Positions 60,574 to 64,000 of a DNA stretch of 64,000 bases are shown piece by piece. Source of the DNA: Chamaesiphon sp. (GTDB lineage: Bacteria; Cyanobacteriota; Cyanobacteriia; Cyanobacteriales; Chamaesiphonaceae); NCBI GenBank assembly GCA_965246715.1, contig CBDFFH010000043.1, positions 96,001-160,000 on the forward strand, read 5' to 3'. A program made the position numbers and the translations under genes. A model generated the notes under the pieces. The model was not told where the DNA came from and made no database searches. It worked only from the letters and a program-made list of their open reading frames with translations. The first letter of the stretch is position 1, and every line of letters starts with the position of its first letter.

Positions 60574-62364
60574 CTGCGCGGTCGAACCGATCGAAAATAA
60601 GCACAAGATTTTACCCACATCCACTGACGAGCGCGTCGAAACTGGCGTGCGTCCGCCCCAACTGACGCTTGCCTGCACTGGAGTCGATTTTGGTGCTTTG
60701 ACCACATTTTGACCGATGGCACAACTGCCCGCACAATCAGAATAAGCAACAATGCCATACTTCATCCGCGTCGGTGAAAGCGTATCGACGATCGTGTTGC
60801 GCTGAATGCGGAGATTTTTATTTTTGCTATTTTCCTGAAGATAAATTCCGGCGCGGGCGAGTCCGGGGCTATCTTTTGCTAGCAGGCTACTCCGGACTGG
60901 ATTGATAATCGTGTTATTTTCGATCTTGGAACTACCGGTACCGCCGAGTGCGGCATTCGCCCAAATTCCCGCGCCAGGCGCATTGGTAATGCGATTACCG
61001 GAAATGGTCAACCGATCGATCGGAATGTCAGGATGTTTGTATTTCCACAGTGTAATCCCGCTCGAAAACCGATCGTGTTCGTAGTTTATGGGTTTGGCTT
61101 TGACAAAGTTGATGCGGTTATCGGCGATCGTTAAATCTTGAATCGGCGCATTACTATTCGGATCTTGTAGAATTCCCGCAGAGGGGCCTTTGTTACTGAC
61201 AATGCCAGGAGTCAACCAATCATCGGAGTTGATATTGATGGTATTGCGCTGGATGACAATCTGCTGCATCGCAGGTCGCTCGGGACTATTCTCTTGATGG
61301 ATGACATGCCAGAGGGTAAAGCCCGTATTGGCTCCGTCGATGAGATTATCGCGGTAAAGTTGCCGCTGCGATACGGGCGTACCCGCACCAGTGACATTGA
61401 TGCCATTGGCGTAGCCTTTAATCGTGTTGCCGATAACGGTCTGATCGCTACCATGAATTTCGATCGCCGTGCGCGCGCCTCTAGTGCCTGCACCAGCGCG
61501 AGATGTAAACAGATTCTTCTCTACCAACATCCGCGCGCCTTGGGTATAAATCGACGAATGATCGAAATCTACGGCGCTCCCGCCCACATTATCAAAGCGC
61601 GAATTAACGATCGCCACATCAGTCATCCGATCGAGCTTGCCATTAACTACTACCGACCACACGCCCAGTTGATTGGTAAAGCGACACCGATCGATCCGAA
61701 TCCGCTGGCCGATGTAAGCGCGAAAGACAGTACGCGGCAATAAATTCTGTTCGTCCCCAAAATCGGGACTGATTTTGCCGCCGCTACCTTCTGCTGCTAG
61801 GACGGGATTATTCGGGCCGTTGGAATCAAATGTCAATCCCTCGATCGCAACATCATTTAGTGGTGTGCCCATTTCCGCCGTGCCCATCAGTGCTTCATAA
61901 TTGCCTTGACGGTCGGCTAGCCGAATGGTGACACCTTGGCTCGGAGTGGCCGCAGCCAGCCTAATGCCAGAGCGTAACTTGAGGGCTTGGGGATGTTTGC
62001 CTTGGGTTTGGATCGAAAGATGATAAGTACCTGGCGGAAATAGCACACTGCCACCACCACGATTAGCAGTTGCATCGATCGCTTTTTGAATGGCTGCGGT
62101 ATCGTCAATCCCATCATTGGGCTTAGCACCAAACCGAGTTACTAAGGTCGAGAAGTTGGCAATCTTGGGCGCTGCTGGTAAGCTCGGGCGAGCTGCGGGC
62201 GCAACTTGAAGTTGTAAAGCGGCTCCCCGCTCGCTTCGAGCTGGAGGTTGCGATAAATCCTGCGCCGCGATCGATTGCGGTAGCATATTCCCTAGTTTTA
62301 CTCCTGAATAGTTTGGTAACAGAACAAATAGGAGCGTGTTAATTACGAACAACTTAAATGGCAT
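60553..62364 (-). CDS. Secreted parallel beta-helix (pectate-lyase-like) protein
   Basis: [28 protein letters not shown], followed by beta-helix repeats. Confidence 0.8.
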   Translation of the reverse strand: MPFKLFVINTLLFVLLPNYSGVKLGNMLPQSIAAQDLSQPPARSERGAALQLQVAPAARPSLPAAPKIANFSTLVTRFGAKPNDGIDDTAAIQKAIDATANRGGGSVLFPPGTYHLSIQTQGKHPQALKLRSGIRLAAATPSQGVTIRLADRQGNYEALMGTAEMGTPLNDVAIEGLTFDSNGPNNPVLAAEGSGGKISPDFGDEQNLLPRTVFRAYIGQRIRIDRCRFTNQLGVWSVVVNGKLDRMTDVAIVNSRFDNVGGSAVDFDHSSIYTQGARMLVEKNLFTSRAGAGTRGARTAIEIHGSDQTVIGNTIKGYANGINVTGAGTPVSQRQLYRDNLIDGANTGFTLWHVIHQENSPERPAMQQIVIQRNTININSDDWLTPGIVSNKGPSAGILQDPNSNAPIQDLTIADNRINFVKAKPINYEHDRFSSGITLWKYKHPDIPIDRLTISGNRITNAPGAGIWANAALGGTGSSKIENNTIINPVRSSLLAKDSPGLARAGIYLQENSKNKNLRIQRNTIVDTLSPTRMKYGIVAYSDCAGSCAIGQNVVKAPKSTPVQASVSWGGRTPVSTRSSVDVGKILCLFSIGSTAQSIARSK

Positions 62365-62896
62365 AAAAATTTATCTCTACTAGACTCCGAGCGATCGGCC
62401 ATTTCGATGATAGGATTCTAGACCTGCACCGGAACGTTGAGCGAGGATTATTACTCGAATTTAGCATTTTTTCGATCGCTGCTGATGGAGTTGACTCAAG
62501 CTAATACTGCTAAATTAATAATTATTTGGCGCTGTGATTGAGACATTCGGCTCGATCCGGCTCGATCGCTTTGCAACGGATCCTCTTGGTGTTCGCTCGC
62601 AGCAACCGAGCGCCAAATATCCAGAAATTAGCGAACTAAGGAACTCACACACTAGTATTTACATCATTTAGTCTAGTGCTTCATTAATTCTACAATTATA
62701 AATATCACAGGTAATATTAGCTGCAGAGATGACATTTTTTTACTTGTCGTTGCGATCGTTTATGAGCATACAAGGAATAAAGCATTTTAGTCTCAGCATA
62801 ATGACGCATAAATCGATAAATTCAGGGAAAATATCTCACCCAGATAAGGTAACTAAATTTCAGGCTTATAGGGTAACATTCATAATATAGACCCGA

Positions 62897-64000
62897 ATGG
62901 TCTGGTCCGATCGTGCCAGTAGCGCACCGAATAACAATAGTATGAAACTCAGTCACAACTTTTCCTGGACATTAGCTGGTAATGCAATCTATGCTGCTTG
63001 TCAATGGGGAATGCTCGTAGCAATTGCTAAATTGGGAAGTCCAGAAATGTTGGGTCAATTTACTTTAGGATTGGCAATTACCGCACCCGTGCTGATGTTT
63101 ACCAATCTACACTTACGCACGGTTCAAGTTACAGATGCTAAGAAACAATATATGTTTGGCGATTACTTAGCACTAAGAATTATCGGCACGACAGTAGGCA
63201 TATTAGTAATTATCTGTATCGTTGCTACCACCGGTTATCGCCCCGAAACAACTCTGGCGATCGGCTTTATTACGCTAGCCAAAGCTTTTGAATCGCTCAG
63301 CGATGTCTGCTACGGACTGATCCAACAAAACGAGCACATGGATCGGATCGCGCGATCGTATATCGTCAAAGGGATTCTTTCCTTATTATTGATGAGCATG
63401 GGTCTGTATGTGTCTGGGAGTATCGTCGTAGGTGCGGCGGGATTGGCGGTAGCTTGGGGTCTGGTCTTAGTTTGTCTCGATTTGCCCAATGCCTCAAAAT
63501 TTCTAGATCGATCGCTGTTACCACCAGCAGGTGGCGTAAGACAGGCAGCAACAATCGGACTCCGACCGCGTTGGGATTCTCAAAGTTTATATCGATTAGC
63601 AAAGTTATCGCTACCACTCAGCGTTGTGACGAGCTTACTTCATTTCAATGTGACTATTCCCCGTCCGCGCTGGGATGTCAAAACTTTGAAGAAGCTCGCT
63701 TGGTTAGCACTACCACTAGGCTTGGTAATGATGTTGGCTTCACTTAATTTAAACGTGCCGCGTTATTTTATCCAAAATTATTTAGGTGAGAAAGAACTGG
63801 GTATTTTTGGGGCGCTATCGTATTTAATGGTAGTGGGAAATATCGTGATCAATGCATTATCTGAATCTGCAAGTTCGCGATTGGCAAAATACTATGCCGA
63901 GGCAGATCGAAAGAACTTTGGGATGTTAACATTCAAGTTGCTGAGTATTTTTAGCGGCTTTGGTGTCCTGGGAGTGTTATTCGCGGCGATCGTCGGCAAG
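62897..64000 (+). CDS. Wzx/MOP-family oligosaccharide flippase, 3'-truncated by the window edge (not in the ORF track)
   Basis: Frame open to the end: NFSWTLAGNAIYAACQWGMLVAIAKLG..LGQFTLGLAITAP..PRYFIQNYLGEKELGIF. Alternative start at 62942. Confidence 0.88.
   Translation, partial: MVWSDRASSAPNNNSMKLSHNFSWTLAGNAIYAACQWGMLVAIAKLGSPEMLGQFTLGLAITAPVLMFTNLHLRTVQVTDAKKQYMFGDYLALRIIGTTVGILVIICIVATTGYRPETTLAIGFITLAKAFESLSDVCYGLIQQNEHMDRIARSYIVKGILSLLLMSMGLYVSGSIVVGAAGLAVAWGLVLVCLDLPNASKFLDRSLLPPAGGVRQAATIGLRPRWDSQSLYRLAKLSLPLSVVTSLLHFNVTIPRPRWDVKTLKKLAWLALPLGLVMMLASLNLNVPRYFIQNYLGEKELGIFGALSYLMVVGNIVINALSESASSRLAKYYAEADRKNFGMLTFKLLSIFSGFGVLGVLFAAIVGK

Overview
Cyanobacterial chromosomal segment: psbB-psbT and petN are present and CGATCG/HIP1-type palindromes are very dense. 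It is possibly Chamaesiphon-like (inference only). Housekeeping and metabolic content: an RcaC-like response regulator, desC with a divergent TetR, GST, tex, a complete mysABCD mycosporine-like amino acid cluster, two large sensor kinases, a hopanoid cluster (hpnH, hpnA, RND | ferritin-like, hpnG, shc, squalene synthase), psbB/psbT/nrdR/mtnA, clpS, ddl-like, cobM and a Wzx flippase. The most notable feature is a four-level nested mobile-element stack at 38613-40758: IS5 remnant > 8-bp-TSD MITE > intact IS110 > 7-bp-TSD MITE. An empty copy of the IS110 target MITE lies at 28061-28242, so the recombination sites can be read from the window. On the minus strand these are a CT core, donor ACAGTAT-CT-TGTAT, target ATTACCC-CT-ACAAA, and a TTGACT-17bp-TATCCT promoter that forms only on circularisation. 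The non-coding left end carries guide segments matching both target and donor, i.e. an IS621-type bridge RNA. Here a MITE has inserted between its target- and donor-binding loops. All calls are by-eye motif recognition; no searches were run.
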